A stretch of DNA of 64,000 nucleotides from Prochlorococcus sp. AG-355-B18 (GTDB lineage: Bacteria; Cyanobacteriota; Cyanobacteriia; PCC-6307; Cyanobiaceae), in NCBI GenBank assembly GCA_003280965.1, contig QCDI01000006.1, positions 59,545 to 123,544 of the forward strand, written 5' to 3'. The notes beneath the pieces are model-generated. The model searched no databases. It was not told the DNA's origin and saw nothing but the letters and a program-made list of their open reading frames with translations. Each line of letters starts with the position of its first letter. The stretch's first letter is position 1. Of this stretch, positions 42,629 through 53,900 are shown in pieces. A program made the translations under genes and the position numbers.

Positions 42629-44482
42629 GTGAACAAACGCTGGAGAAACGTAGGACTTTATGTTCTAGCTGTTATTACTGTAATTTTCATTGGAACTTCT
42701 GTATTTGATAAACCTAGTACAGAAAATGCTACAAAGACCTTACGATATAGTGATTTTATAGAAGCAGTTCAAGATAAAGAAATCAGTAGAGTACTAATTT
42801 CTCCAGACAATGCGACAGCTCAAGTTGTTGAAAATGATGGAAGCAGATCTGAGGTCAATTTAGCCCCTGACAAAGATTTATTAAAAATCCTGACTGAAAA
42901 TAATGTAGACATAGCTGTAACTCCCACAAAACTAGCTAATCCATGGCAACAAGCTGTAAGTAGCTTGATTTTCCCAGTACTTTTAATTGGAGGTCTATTT
43001 TTTCTTTTCAGAAGATCCCAAAGCGGTAATGCTGGAGGCGGTAACCCCGCCATGAGTTTTGGCAAAAGCAAAGCCAGACTTCAAATGGAACCATCTACAC
43101 AAGTAACCTTTACAGATGTTGCTGGTGTTGAAGGTGCAAAATTAGAACTCACTGAAGTCGTGGATTTTCTTAAGAGCCCTGATAGATTTACAGCGGTCGG
43201 AGCAAAAATTCCGAAAGGGGTTCTTCTTGTTGGCCCTCCTGGTACAGGAAAAACATTGCTAGCAAAAGCAGTAGCTGGAGAAGCAGGTGTACCTTTTTTC
43301 TCAATCTCAGGCTCAGAATTTGTAGAGATGTTTGTTGGAGTTGGAGCTAGCAGAGTTAGAGATCTTTTTGAACAAGCCAAAAAGAATGCTCCTTGTATAG
43401 TTTTCATTGATGAAATAGATGCAGTTGGAAGACAAAGAGGTGCTGGTATGGGTGGAGGTAACGATGAGAGAGAACAAACATTAAATCAACTCCTAACAGA
43501 AATGGATGGTTTCGAAGGTAATTCAGGAATAATAATAGTAGCTGCCACCAATAGACCTGATGTCTTAGATTCAGCTTTGATGCGTCCTGGAAGATTCGAT
43601 AGACAGGTTACAGTAGATAGACCAGATTACGCTGGAAGATTACAGATATTAAATGTTCATGCGAAAGATAAAACTCTTTCAAAAGACGTTGATTTAGATA
43701 AAGTTGCTAGAAGAACACCAGGATTTACTGGTGCAGACTTAGCTAATCTTTTAAATGAAGCAGCAATTCTAGCAGCTAGAAAAGATTTAGATAAAGTAAG
43801 TAATGATGAAGTTGGTGATGCCATTGAAAGAGTTATGGCTGGTCCAGAAAAGAAAGATAGAGTAATCAGTGATAAGAAAAAAGAATTAGTTGCTTATCAC
43901 GAAGCTGGTCATGCATTAGTTGGAGCATTAATGCCTGATTATGATCCAGTAGCAAAAGTTTCAATAATCCCTAGAGGTCAAGCTGGAGGTTTAACCTTCT
44001 TTACTCCAAGTGAAGAAAGGATGGAATCTGGTCTTTACTCTCGTTCTTACCTTCAAAATCAAATGGCTGTAGCTCTTGGTGGAAGGGTTGCTGAAGAAAT
44101 AGTTTATGGAGAAGAAGAGGTAACAACTGGAGCTTCAAATGATTTACAACAAGTTGCAAATGTAGCAAGACAAATGATAACTAAATTTGGCATGAGTGAC
44201 AAAATAGGTCCAGTCGCACTCGGTCAATCTCAAGGTGGAATGTTTCTCGGAAGAGATATGAGCTCTACAAGAGACTTTTCTGAAGACACAGCCGCAACAA
44301 TTGATGTAGAGGTTTCAGAACTTGTAGATGTTGCCTACAAAAGAGCTACAAAAGTTTTATCAGATAATAGAACTGTCCTTGACGAAATTGCTCAAATGCT
44401 AATTGAAAGAGAAACTATAGACACTGAAGATATACAAGATTTGCTTAACCGCTCTGAAGTCAAAGTCGCAAACTATATTTAA
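42629..44482 (+). CDS. ftsH: ATP-dependent zinc metalloprotease FtsH
   Basis: [29 protein letters not shown]. Confidence 0.98.
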   Translation: MNKRWRNVGLYVLAVITVIFIGTSVFDKPSTENATKTLRYSDFIEAVQDKEISRVLISPDNATAQVVENDGSRSEVNLAPDKDLLKILTENNVDIAVTPTKLANPWQQAVSSLIFPVLLIGGLFFLFRRSQSGNAGGGNPAMSFGKSKARLQMEPSTQVTFTDVAGVEGAKLELTEVVDFLKSPDRFTAVGAKIPKGVLLVGPPGTGKTLLAKAVAGEAGVPFFSISGSEFVEMFVGVGASRVRDLFEQAKKNAPCIVFIDEIDAVGRQRGAGMGGGNDEREQTLNQLLTEMDGFEGNSGIIIVAATNRPDVLDSALMRPGRFDRQVTVDRPDYAGRLQILNVHAKDKTLSKDVDLDKVARRTPGFTGADLANLLNEAAILAARKDLDKVSNDEVGDAIERVMAGPEKKDRVISDKKKELVAYHEAGHALVGALMPDYDPVAKVSIIPRGQAGGLTFFTPSEERMESGLYSRSYLQNQMAVALGGRVAEEIVYGEEEVTTGASNDLQQVANVARQMITKFGMSDKIGPVALGQSQGGMFLGRDMSSTRDFSEDTAATIDVEVSELVDVAYKRATKVLSDNRTVLDEIAQMLIERETIDTEDIQDLLNRSEVKVANYI

Positions 44483-44503
44483 TTTCGAAAATTTAAATTT
44501 TTA

Positions 44504-45175
44504 ATGAATAATAAAGAAGATTCTTTTTCGGAGTTACTGAAAACGGAATCTTTTTTTTTACTTATAAAACCTGAAGATAATATTTACTCAAATACCTCTA
44601 TAAGAAATTCATTTTTTGAAGAATTAGAAAGCTTAGTTAAATTAGGATTAAAGAATATTGAAATAAGTTGGTCTAACAACAAAAATTGGTTAGATTTTGT
44701 ATCCGATATCAAAATTAAATATCCAAGAATTAATTTAGGCTCTGCCTCCATAGTTAATAAGCAATCAATAGAAGATTCCTTAAAAATTGGATTAAATTTT
44801 TCGATGATGAAATTTTGGGATAAAGATCTTTTCAATTATGCGCTGTCAAAAAATTATTTATTAATTCCCGGAATTAAAAATTTAAAAGATCTTAAGGAAG
44901 CGATTAATTTAAATTGCAACATTATCAAAATTTACCCAATAAAAAGTAAAGATAGTTCGATAGATATACTCAACTATAAAAATATTGATTTCATTGCTGC
45001 TGGAGGACTATCAATAAATGATTTAAAAACTTGTAAATCTTTAGGGTATAAAGCAGTCGTAGTTGGAGATAAAGCTATCAAAAATAAAAAATTTGATCCA
45101 AAAATATTTGAATGGCTCAAAAATAATCAATTCAAAGATAAATATAATTTATTCAACAAAACTACTACTTATTGA
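44504..45175 (+). CDS. eda: Diverged KDPG/KHG aldolase-like protein
   Basis: NIEISW, LGSAS, IPG, IKIYP, AAGG pattern of the Eda TIM barrel. Confidence 0.65.
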   Translation: MNNKEDSFSELLKTESFFLLIKPEDNIYSNTSIRNSFFEELESLVKLGLKNIEISWSNNKNWLDFVSDIKIKYPRINLGSASIVNKQSIEDSLKIGLNFSMMKFWDKDLFNYALSKNYLLIPGIKNLKDLKEAINLNCNIIKIYPIKSKDSSIDILNYKNIDFIAAGGLSINDLKTCKSLGYKAVVVGDKAIKNKKFDPKIFEWLKNNQFKDKYNLFNKTTTY

Positions 45176-46262
45176 TTAAGTCACATTGAGCATGATTTAG
45201 AAGCAAATGATCAGCAAGTACTAAAGCTACCATAGCATCAACCATAGGGACTGCTCTTGGTAGAACACATGGATCATGTCTCCCTTTTGCTTTCATCAGT
45301 ACTTCTTTACCTTCAGCATTCACTGTTTTCTGTTCTTTACCGATGGTTGCTGTAGGTTTAAAAGCTATCTTCATCTCAATATTTTCACCATTACTTATTC
45401 CGCCCTGTATACCTCCAGAATTGTTTGATGTTGTTTTTAACTTACTAGAATCATCAGACTTAATGAACGAATCATTATGTTCGCTTCCTTTTAAGTAAGT
45501 TCCAGAGAAACCTGAACCAATTTCAAAGCCTTTTGTGGCAGGCAAAGACATCAAAGCCTTTGCTAAATCAGCTTCTAATTTATCAAAAACAGGCATTCCA
45601 AGACCAGACGGAACATTTCTTACTAGACATTCAATAACACCGCCACAAGAGTCTCCTTGACGCTTTAATTCCTTAATTCTCTCGATCATTTCTGTTGATA
45701 CCTTTTCATCAGGACATCTAACAATATTAGAATCTATTTTTTTTAGAGAAATCTTCTCTTTATTTATATCAGAATCAATATCATGAATACGCTTAACCCA
45801 AGATAGTATTTCAGTGTTACAGAAACTTTTTAATAATTGTTTTGCTATGGCACCAGCAGCTACTCTCCCAATTGTTTCTCTTGCAGAGGCTCTTCCACCG
45901 CCAGAACTTGCCTGAATTCCATATTTCAGATGATATGTACCATCTGCATGAGAAGGTCTAAATACCTGCTCTAAACTATTATAATCTCCTGGTCTTTGAT
46001 CCTTGTTTCTTACCAACATTGCTATTGGAGTTCCAAGTGTTAACCCTTCCTTTATCCCACTTAATATTTCAATTTTATCTTCTTCGTTTCGGGGTGTTGT
46101 AATGTCACTTTGACCAGGTCTGCGCCTATCTAATTCATTTTGTATAAGATTTATATCTACTTTTAACCTAGGGGGACATCCATCAAGAATAACTCCAACT
46201 GCACCACCATGAGATTCTCCAAAAGTACTAACACGAAAAATTTTTCCAAAACTACTACTCAT
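45165..46262 (-). CDS. aroC: Chorismate synthase
   Basis: [28 protein letters not shown]. Confidence 0.97.
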   Translation of the reverse strand: MSSSFGKIFRVSTFGESHGGAVGVILDGCPPRLKVDINLIQNELDRRRPGQSDITTPRNEEDKIEILSGIKEGLTLGTPIAMLVRNKDQRPGDYNSLEQVFRPSHADGTYHLKYGIQASSGGGRASARETIGRVAAGAIAKQLLKSFCNTEILSWVKRIHDIDSDINKEKISLKKIDSNIVRCPDEKVSTEMIERIKELKRQGDSCGGVIECLVRNVPSGLGMPVFDKLEADLAKALMSLPATKGFEIGSGFSGTYLKGSEHNDSFIKSDDSSKLKTTSNNSGGIQGGISNGENIEMKIAFKPTATIGKEQKTVNAEGKEVLMKAKGRHDPCVLPRAVPMVDAMVALVLADHLLLNHAQCDLINK

Positions 46263-46322
46263 AGAAATATCAAATGTTTTATCTATATATAAACATTATA
46301 CGAAACCAATTGAAAATTAAAC

Positions 46323-46348
46323 AAAAAAAAGCCCCCAAAAGGGGGCTT
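46323..46348 (-). terminator. Intrinsic terminator of psbA
   Basis: AAGCCCCC-AAAA-GGGGGCTT hairpin with an adjacent A8 run (U-tract on minus strand). Confidence 0.85.
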
Positions 46349-46369
46349 GTAGATTTAAGAACTTTAAGC

Positions 46370-47452
46370 TTAACCGATAGCTGGAGCTGAAAGAGCTACT
46401 GTTGTAGACTCAGCTGCTGCTAGATCAAGTGGGAAGTTGTGAGCGTTACGCTCGTGCATTACTTCCATACCTAGGTTTGCTCTGTTAAGAACGTCACCCC
46501 ATGTAGGAACAATCTTACCGTTTGCATCAACAACTGATTGGTTGAAGTTGAAACCGTTAAGATTGAATGCCATTGTGCAGATACCCATTGAAGTTAACCA
46601 TACACAAACAACTGGGAATACAGCTAGGAAGAAGTGAAGACTTCTGCTGTTGTTGAAACTTGCATATTGGAAGATCAAACGACCGAAGTAACCATGAGCT
46701 GCAACGATGTTATATGTTTCTTCTTCTTGTCCAAACTTGTAACCATAGTTCTGAGACTCAGTCTCAGTTGTTTCTCTGATTAGAGATGAAGTAACAAGTG
46801 AACCGTGCATAGCTGAGAATAAAGATCCTCCGAACATACCAGCAACACCAGCCATATGGAATGGGTGCATAAGAATGTTGTGCTCTGCCTGGAAAACAAA
46901 CATGAAGTTGAATGTTCCAGAGATACCTAGAGGCATTCCGTCAGAGAATGAACCTTGACCGAATGGGTATACAAGAAATACTGCGAAAGCTGCTGAAACT
47001 GGTGCGGAATATGCAACACAGATCCAAGGACGCATACCTAAACGGTATGAAAGCTCCCACTGTCTTCCCATGTATGCTGAAATACCAATTAGGAAGTGGA
47101 AAATTACAAGCTGGTAAGGACCACCGTTGTATAACCACTCATCTACAGTAGCTGCTTCCCAAATTGGGTAGAAGTGTAGACCAATAGCGTTAGATGAAGG
47201 AACAACTGCACCTGAGATGATGTTGTTTCCATATAGGAATGAACCAGCAACTGGCTCTCTAATTCCGTCGATGTCTACTGGTGGTGCTGCGATGAATGCA
47301 ACGATGAAGCAAGCCGCTGCTGTAAGTAGGCATGGGATCATTAAGACGCCGAACCAACCAACATAGATTCTGTTGTTAGTTGATGTTACCCACTCACAAA
47401 ACTGTGGCCAACCTTTTAACAGCGAAGAACGCTGCTGCTGAATAGTTGTCAT
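46370..47452 (-). CDS. psbA: Photosystem II D1 protein, 360 aa (Gln130 form); ATG at 47452, not the upstream TTG
   Basis: [10 protein letters not shown]..., [24 protein letters not shown]. Confidence 0.99.
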   Translation of the reverse strand: MTTIQQQRSSLLKGWPQFCEWVTSTNNRIYVGWFGVLMIPCLLTAAACFIVAFIAAPPVDIDGIREPVAGSFLYGNNIISGAVVPSSNAIGLHFYPIWEAATVDEWLYNGGPYQLVIFHFLIGISAYMGRQWELSYRLGMRPWICVAYSAPVSAAFAVFLVYPFGQGSFSDGMPLGISGTFNFMFVFQAEHNILMHPFHMAGVAGMFGGSLFSAMHGSLVTSSLIRETTETESQNYGYKFGQEEETYNIVAAHGYFGRLIFQYASFNNSRSLHFFLAVFPVVCVWLTSMGICTMAFNLNGFNFNQSVVDANGKIVPTWGDVLNRANLGMEVMHERNAHNFPLDLAAAESTTVALSAPAIG

Positions 47453-47516
47453 GAGTTCGTAAAGTATGTCTCTAAAGTGAGACGTGTAAATAAAACGGAT
47501 AAAAATTTCCGCTTCA
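47453..47516 (-). ncRNA. Structured psbA leader (two hairpins), PhotoRC-like RNA motif candidate
   Basis: Minus strand AAGCGGA-loop-TCCGTTT and GTCTC-ACTTTA-GAGAC just upstream of the ATG. Confidence 0.45.
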
Positions 47517-47640
47517 AAGATTTTAGACCAAAATCGCAAAAAATGTGTAATTTTTTTTTTTTAAAGTAAACTTATTTTTTGCAACTTATGAGATAGGAAC
47601 CTCTATGTCTTAATATTTTCTTTGTTATTGAGGAATCAAC

Positions 47641-47769
47641 TTGATAATAATTGAATGGCTTCTTAACGGAAAAAGATCGAAAGAAGTTGTTTCCTTAAGA
47701 GAGGCTAAGCATAGAAGACTGCAATTAGAGGCTTTTGGAGCTGTTATTTATTGGAGCGAAAGAATTTAG
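47641..47769 (+). CDS. Small hypothetical protein, 42 aa
   Basis: TTG start with GAGG 7 nt upstream; MIIIEWLLNGKRSKEVVSLREAKHRRLQLEAFGAVIYWSERI. Confidence 0.6.
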   Translation: MIIIEWLLNGKRSKEVVSLREAKHRRLQLEAFGAVIYWSERI

Positions 47770-47888
47770 CTTTTTAAGGTTTAAAGAGTTAGAAAAAAAA
47801 ACTAAAAGTATTGAATATTAAATAAACTTATCTATTAAATAAAAAATTCTTATTATTTTTCAACGATTTATTGTTCTGGTTTCTTAAT

Positions 47889-48794
47889 TTAAAGGCTTTC
47901 AAACTCTTGAACCCATTGTTTTTTGGAAAAAATAACTTCTTTTTTTGTGTAGCTCATTGCAATTTTTTTTTCTTTATAAGCAACTTCGCCAATAAAAACT
48001 GGCCATATCAAATGATCTCCATAATATTTGTGAATTGTTCCTTTGCTATCAACAAATAATGGATCTCCTTTTTTAATCATTTTCCAATCTTGGTTTATTC
48101 TCTCAGGATGAATTAGGCCATCAATATCTCCTTTTTCATCTCTTGGATAATCTATACTCCCTTGATGAACGTGAACAACTAATTCCTTTGGTAGTTCTAT
48201 AAGGTTGTTTTTTAATTTATCTATCTCTTCCCTCAGGGAGCTAATTATTATCAAGAATCTATCTATGATTTTTGGATCATAAAAATTTTGTGCTACGGCT
48301 CCTATTTCAATAACTAGACCACATGGCCAAGCTTCTACAAGAAAGCCTGTTTGAGCTTTATCTTTTTCATGTAAATAAATAGGCAATCCAAATTTATTCT
48401 GCAGTAATGCAGCCAAACAAAAATCTTTGAATCTCCTGCCATACATAACAATACTTGTCCCCATATTTGCAGTAGTGGTATGCAAATCGATAGCAATTTG
48501 ACAGGGCTTAGATCCATGGATTCCAAATTGATCGACTAAATAATTAGCTCTATTAATTTCATAGGCACTATTGTTGTCTTGATTACGATTTTTAATTTCT
48601 TTAAAAGATCTATTTAAATCATCATCTATATATCTACACCCTTTTTCATAGGCAACAGGGTTCCCTATAATGTACTCATACTCAATACCATGATTTAAAC
48701 TGTTTTGCACACTATTAAATTGCTTAACAGCCCAAATAGGATTAATTTCATTCCCATGAGTGCCTGAAACGATAAGTATTCTTTGAACAGTCAT
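47889..48794 (-). CDS. Aspartoacylase (AstE/AspA family)
   Basis: GTHGNE, DLNRSF, DLHTT, IEIG, EVAYKEK. Confidence 0.92.
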   Translation of the reverse strand: MTVQRILIVSGTHGNEINPIWAVKQFNSVQNSLNHGIEYEYIIGNPVAYEKGCRYIDDDLNRSFKEIKNRNQDNNSAYEINRANYLVDQFGIHGSKPCQIAIDLHTTTANMGTSIVMYGRRFKDFCLAALLQNKFGLPIYLHEKDKAQTGFLVEAWPCGLVIEIGAVAQNFYDPKIIDRFLIIISSLREEIDKLKNNLIELPKELVVHVHQGSIDYPRDEKGDIDGLIHPERINQDWKMIKKGDPLFVDSKGTIHKYYGDHLIWPVFIGEVAYKEKKIAMSYTKKEVIFSKKQWVQEFESL

Positions 48795-48817
48795 TTTTTC
48801 TTTAAAAATAAAATTTC

Positions 48818-49762
48818 ATGCAAAATAAATACCTAATTAAGGCTTCCAAAAAATTCTGGTTTTGGTTTTGGACCCAATTAATGAATGGCTTCGCACCATC
48901 AGATTTATATGGTAATTATAAAAGGCCCAAAGGTATAGCAATAGATAGTGAATATGAAATTAATAATGAAAATGGACAAATTTATTTATTGGTAGGGAAT
49001 TCTTGTCCGTGGTGTCAAAGAACTTTACTCGTCCACGAGATAAAACATTTATCTAAAAAAGTTAAAGTTATTTTTTTAAAAGCAGATGTTGAGCATGGCG
49101 AATGGATTTTCAATACTAAAATTAAAGGATGCATGAGACTTTCTGACCTCTACAAAAAAGCTAATAAAAAGATAATTTTTAGAGCGACATTACCTCTTTT
49201 AATTAGTTTTGCAAAAGATAAAGTAAATATTTTGTCTAATGAAAGTTCCCAGATAATAAAACTACTCAATTCAATAATAAGTGAATCGGAATATCAGACA
49301 TTAAGTATAAAAGACTGTAATCAAAAATTTTTAGATTTAATTAATAACCGCATTAATGATGGCGTATATAGATGTGGTTTCGCCAGAAACCAGTCAGCGT
49401 ACGAAAAAGCAAGTCAAAATCTTTTTGCTGCTATAAATGAGGTTGAAAATTTACTACAGAAAAATAAAGGTGACTGGATATTTGGAGAAGAGTTAACCTA
49501 CGCAGATATTTACCTTTTTCCAACGCTTATAAGATGGGAATTGATATATAGCAAACTTTTCAAATGTACTGAACAAGAACTATCAAAATTCGAGAAAATC
49601 ATTGAATGGAGATTAAAATTTTTTAAATTATCCAATGTAGATAAAACATGCTACGACAGTGAATGGAAAAAAGATTACTACAAAGCTTTATTCCCTTTAA
49701 ACCCAAATCAACTAATACCAGTTTTACCATCGCTAAAGGAAATAATGAGATACGAGTCTTAA
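48818..49762 (+). CDS. Glutathione S-transferase, omega/Xi-like (glutathionyl-hydroquinone reductase family)
   Basis: SCPWCQR, NESSQI, INDGVYRCGFA, LFPTLIRW. Confidence 0.85.
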   Translation: MQNKYLIKASKKFWFWFWTQLMNGFAPSDLYGNYKRPKGIAIDSEYEINNENGQIYLLVGNSCPWCQRTLLVHEIKHLSKKVKVIFLKADVEHGEWIFNTKIKGCMRLSDLYKKANKKIIFRATLPLLISFAKDKVNILSNESSQIIKLLNSIISESEYQTLSIKDCNQKFLDLINNRINDGVYRCGFARNQSAYEKASQNLFAAINEVENLLQKNKGDWIFGEELTYADIYLFPTLIRWELIYSKLFKCTEQELSKFEKIIEWRLKFFKLSNVDKTCYDSEWKKDYYKALFPLNPNQLIPVLPSLKEIMRYES

Positions 49763-49888
49763 AAAACATATCAATCCACTTCAAACAAAAAAGATGTTGT
49801 AATGAACACTTATTTAGTTCATAGATAATGCAATTTCATTAGAAATTAACTATGTTATGTATGTCTACTAAAGTACGAAAAGCTTAAA

Positions 49889-50107
49889 ATGAAATCCATT
49901 GACGAACACATCCAAAAAGATCAATCGGAAATCGAATCTGCCAAAGCAGAGGGCAATCTTCCAAAGGTCAGACATCTAACTGAAGAATTAAAAGAACTCG
50001 AAGAGTATAAGGATCATCATCCAGATGATAAACATGATCCAAACGCTTTGGAATTATTTTGTGATGCCAACCCAGATGAGCCAGAATGTCTTGTTTATGA
50101 TGATTAA
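49889..50107 (+). CDS. cp12: Calvin cycle regulator CP12
   Basis: C-terminal LELFCDANPDEPECLVYDD. Confidence 0.93.
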   Translation: MKSIDEHIQKDQSEIESAKAEGNLPKVRHLTEELKELEEYKDHHPDDKHDPNALELFCDANPDEPECLVYDD

Positions 50108-50134
50108 GTTTACTTAATTATTAGAATAATTGAT

Positions 50135-50163
50135 AAAAAAAGGGGCTTGAAAGCCCTTTTTTT
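50135..50163. terminator. Bidirectional intrinsic terminator
   Basis: A7-GGGGCT-TGAA-AGCCC-T7 between convergent cp12 and 50179-50361. Confidence 0.85.
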
Positions 50164-50178
50164 ATTTTTGGAATTCTT

Positions 50179-50361
50179 TTAGTAGTCCATATTAAAATCT
50201 GATGGGCTACCTGTCAGCGAACATACCACCGACTCCTCATTTTTCATTTCCTTCACTTCTACAATCGGTCTTCCCATTTTCTTCAGAACCTCAATTTCTT
50301 GAATGGTTTGACATCTAGCTATTATTTTTCCTTGTTGATCAAAGCAACTGTAGAAATTCAT
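50179..50361 (-). CDS. Conserved small hypothetical protein
   Basis: YSCFDQQGKIIARC...VCSLTGSPSDFN. Confidence 0.7.
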   Translation of the reverse strand: MNFYSCFDQQGKIIARCQTIQEIEVLKKMGRPIVEVKEMKNEESVVCSLTGSPSDFNMDY

Positions 50362-50448
50362 ATTTTTATTTAAAGAAGTATCTTATTTATGGCTAATTTT
50401 CATTACTAAATCAAGTGTATTTATTAACAAAAAAATTTTTGATTTGAG

Positions 50449-51432
50449 TTAGATCCTTTTCCATACTTCAGAAAGCAGTGAGGATAAACCTTTTTTTAAA
50501 GATGAAGAAATTACTAAAACTTTCTTTTTAGATAAATCTTCCAAATTTTTTGTGATTATTTTCAAATAATTATTATCTACCAGTTCCATTTTATTTAAAA
50601 CTATTATCCTCTCTTTATCTATAAGACCTTTCCCATATTTTATTAATTCCTGCTCAATTATCTCAAAATCATGTATGGGATTTTCTGCAATTGAATCAAT
50701 TAAGTGCACAAGTATCTTAGTTCTTTGGATGTGCCTTAAAAAATCGTGCCCTAAACCTACTCCATCAGCTGCCCCTGATATTAATCCAGGTATATCAGCA
50801 AAAAGACAACCATTTCCATCTACTTTTCTTACTACACCTAAGTTAGGTATTAAAGTAGTAAAAGGATAGTTTGCGATTTTTGGACGAGCAGATGATAGAA
50901 CGGAAATTAAAGTACTTTTTCCTGCATTTGGAAGGCCAATAATACCAACCTCTGCGAGTAGTTTCAGTTCTAATTGAATCTCCCATATCTCACCATCTTT
51001 CCCTTCAGTAAATGATTCTGGGGCTCTATTTTGATTACTTAAATAGTAAGCATTACCGTATCCACCTCTTCCTCCAATAGCAATAGTTAATCTCTCTTTA
51101 TCTTTAGTTAAGTCTCCTAAAATAATGCCGGTCTTAGTATCCCTGATTTCTGTGCCACAAGGAACTTTAAGGATTGTATCCTGACCTGAAGCGCCAGATC
51201 TTTTATTAGGCCCTCCTTTGCATCCATCTTCAGCAATTATTTCTCTTTTGAATTTAAAATCTAATAATGTTTGAAGATTATTATCAGCGACCAATATTAT
51301 TGACCCCCCTCTACCACCATTACCTCCTGAAGGTCCTCCAGCAGGAACAAATTTTTCTCTTCTAAATGAGACTATTCCATTTCCACCTTTTCCAGCTTTA
51401 AGAATAATGTTTGCCTGATCAATAAATTGCAC
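50449..51432 (-). CDS. obgE: GTPase ObgE/CgtA
   Basis: Gly-rich Obg fold, [22 protein letters not shown]. Confidence 0.97.
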   Translation of the reverse strand: MQFIDQANIILKAGKGGNGIVSFRREKFVPAGGPSGGNGGRGGSIILVADNNLQTLLDFKFKREIIAEDGCKGGPNKRSGASGQDTILKVPCGTEIRDTKTGIILGDLTKDKERLTIAIGGRGGYGNAYYLSNQNRAPESFTEGKDGEIWEIQLELKLLAEVGIIGLPNAGKSTLISVLSSARPKIANYPFTTLIPNLGVVRKVDGNGCLFADIPGLISGAADGVGLGHDFLRHIQRTKILVHLIDSIAENPIHDFEIIEQELIKYGKGLIDKERIIVLNKMELVDNNYLKIITKNLEDLSKKKVLVISSSLKKGLSSLLSEVWKRI

Positions 51433-51476
51433 TTAATACACTTATTTAATTAATAAGTTTTATAGCTATTTAAATT

Positions 51477-53888
51477 TTATTTTATCCACGCAATACTGCA
51501 ACCAGGTCCACCCTCGTTATTGGCAGCATCCTCAATCTTATCAACATAATTTAAACCAGATAACCATTTTCTTATTCCTTTTTTTAATTTCCCTGTTCCA
51601 ATTCCATGAACAATCCATAGCGGTCCATGAAATTTTCTAATTTTCTCTTCAATAATTATTTCAGCTTCGTGAACTCTTAGACCTCTTACGTCAATTGTAT
51701 TTTTACTCGTTCTTATTTTAGAAAAAGAAAAATCCTCTCTTTTAGACTTGACCTCAATTTTTGAACTTTTGAAATTAGGCTTTTCTCCATTAATACCTTC
51801 AAAGTCATTTACAGATAATGTACTCCTAAATGAACCACATTTAACTTCGTAAAAACCACCTTTTTTATCTAAATCTACAATTTGTCCCGTACTATTTAGA
51901 CTTTTAATTTTTACAAAATCGCCTACCTGAGGATTCCATGATATTGACTTTTCAAATTTTTTTTGGGTTAAATGTTCCGTCTCAATTTCCTTTAATCTTT
52001 TTCCAATAATTCTCGTATCCTCTCCATTAACATTCTTATCTCTTAATTTTTTAATCAAATCTATTACCTCTTTTTTAGCGGATACAATATGTTTTGATAA
52101 TTTAAACTTTTCAATTTCCTGTATTTTTTCAGCATTTATTTTTTGATATTCATAATTTCTCTTCAGTTCATCATGTAATATTTCAGTCCTTGCAATAAGT
52201 TCTGCAGCAGCTTCTGCAGAATTTTGTTGTTTAATCCTGTCTTCTTCAAGTCCTTTAATAATGTTGTTAATATTATCAACTTCTTTTGGCTTTAGGTAAT
52301 TTGCAGCTTCATTGAGTATGCTTTCATCGAGACCAATTCTCTTAGAGATTGACAAAGCATTACTTCTCCCAGGGATGCCCCAATTGAGTATATATTTTGG
52401 CTTCAAAGAATCCTCATCAAAGGCAACTGATACGTTTTCGAATCTGGAGTCATTATATTTTAATGCCTTAATATCCCCATAATGTGTTGTTGCTAAAGTG
52501 ATATCAGATTTATTAGCAAATTCTTTTAATAAAGCCATCGCAAGCGCACTACCTTCTAGAGGATCTGTACCAGATCCAATCTCATCTAACAAAACAACTG
52601 ATAAACCTTTCCTATTATCAAGTGAATCTAAAATCTCTTTTATGCGTGATATATGCCCACTGAAGGTAGATAAATTTTCTTCTAATGATTGATTATCTCC
52701 TATGTCAACATATACATTTGGACAAAAAGGGATAATGGGATTATTAGTTGAGGGTATCAATAATCCAGCTCTAGCCATAAGTAACGACAAACCCAAACCT
52801 TTTAAAGCTGCCGTTTTACCTCCAGTATTTGGGCCTGTAATAGCTACAACCTTAATATTTCTATTTATATGAAAATCGACAGCCACAGGTGAAGGAGCCC
52901 CTTTTTTCTTATGTTCCCAAATCAATAACGGATGAGAAAAACCAATTAAGGAAATAACTGGATTTTTCTCAAAAGTAGGAGTTTTGCCTCCAATCCATTT
53001 CGAATATCTTGAACGGGTAAGAGCATTTTCTAATCTCAATAAAATGGATGCCATTACAATAAGATTTTCTGAATTATCACTAATAACTTGAGACCATTTC
53101 TTAAGTAATTTGAATTCTTCTGCTGTGATCCTTGCCTCTAAAGAAGCAATCTTATTACCCTTAGTTACTACACTATCAGGTTCAAAATATACTGTATTTC
53201 CTGAAGATGAAGAGTCATGAATTATGCCTTTAAATTTATCTACATAATTAACTTTTATTGCTAAAACTGGCCTACCATATCGATCTCCAATAGTAGTGTC
53301 TTGTAAAAAAGATAAATTCTTTTGAATAAATTTATCAACTAATATTTTTCTTTCCAGTTTCTTAGATAATAATTCTTTTCTTAAAATAGATAGTTCACTA
53401 CTAGCATTATCTGAAATCCTGCCATTAGATTCAATACCATTTTTTAAAATCGTTTCAATATTTTTATGATCAATTAAATTATTTATGAATGATGAAATAA
53501 AAGGCCTTTGTTCAAAATCTAAAAAGATTTTTTTTAAATTTCTTGCTGCAGAAATTGTTTTCGCAATTTCTAACAAGTCAGAAGATAAAATTACACCACC
53601 CTTTGAGCAAATCTCAATATTTCTAGTAATATCGCAAACACCAGAAAAACTAATTGATTTATCTAAATTATTTTCTAGTTCAGTTATTTCAACCGTCTCT
53701 TTTAAAAGTCTTTTAGAGACATCGTATTCTGAAGGAATTTCAAAACTTAAAATTGCTTTTTTACCCATTTCCGTAGAAGCGAATGTGGATAAATGCATTT
53801 TTAATGAATCCCACTCTAAAAGGCTTTTAGATTCATCTTCCAATGAGTTCTCTGAATATGATTTTTTAGAATGATTTTTCTCTTGCAT
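51477..53888 (-). CDS. mutS2: Endonuclease MutS2
   Basis: TGPNTGGKT, LSTFSGH, DEIGSGTDP, C-terminal Smr domain IVHGIGTG. Confidence 0.95.
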   Translation of the reverse strand: MQEKNHSKKSYSENSLEDESKSLLEWDSLKMHLSTFASTEMGKKAILSFEIPSEYDVSKRLLKETVEITELENNLDKSISFSGVCDITRNIEICSKGGVILSSDLLEIAKTISAARNLKKIFLDFEQRPFISSFINNLIDHKNIETILKNGIESNGRISDNASSELSILRKELLSKKLERKILVDKFIQKNLSFLQDTTIGDRYGRPVLAIKVNYVDKFKGIIHDSSSSGNTVYFEPDSVVTKGNKIASLEARITAEEFKLLKKWSQVISDNSENLIVMASILLRLENALTRSRYSKWIGGKTPTFEKNPVISLIGFSHPLLIWEHKKKGAPSPVAVDFHINRNIKVVAITGPNTGGKTAALKGLGLSLLMARAGLLIPSTNNPIIPFCPNVYVDIGDNQSLEENLSTFSGHISRIKEILDSLDNRKGLSVVLLDEIGSGTDPLEGSALAMALLKEFANKSDITLATTHYGDIKALKYNDSRFENVSVAFDEDSLKPKYILNWGIPGRSNALSISKRIGLDESILNEAANYLKPKEVDNINNIIKGLEEDRIKQQNSAEAAAELIARTEILHDELKRNYEYQKINAEKIQEIEKFKLSKHIVSAKKEVIDLIKKLRDKNVNGEDTRIIGKRLKEIETEHLTQKKFEKSISWNPQVGDFVKIKSLNSTGQIVDLDKKGGFYEVKCGSFRSTLSVNDFEGINGEKPNFKSSKIEVKSKREDFSFSKIRTSKNTIDVRGLRVHEAEIIIEEKIRKFHGPLWIVHGIGTGKLKKGIRKWLSGLNYVDKIEDAANNEGGPGCSIAWIK

Positions 53889-53900
53889 ACAAAAAAAGAA

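Noticed and set aside
12104..47452. Higher GC in amt1, ftsH and psbA suggesting horizontal or phage origin
   Set aside because: Explained by Gly/Ala-rich composition and high-expression codon bias; core context with no phage genes
47453..47539. 29-aa N-terminal extension of psbA in the ORF track
   Set aside because: D1 starts at MTT (ATG 47452) giving the standard 360 aa; the extension is leader sequence
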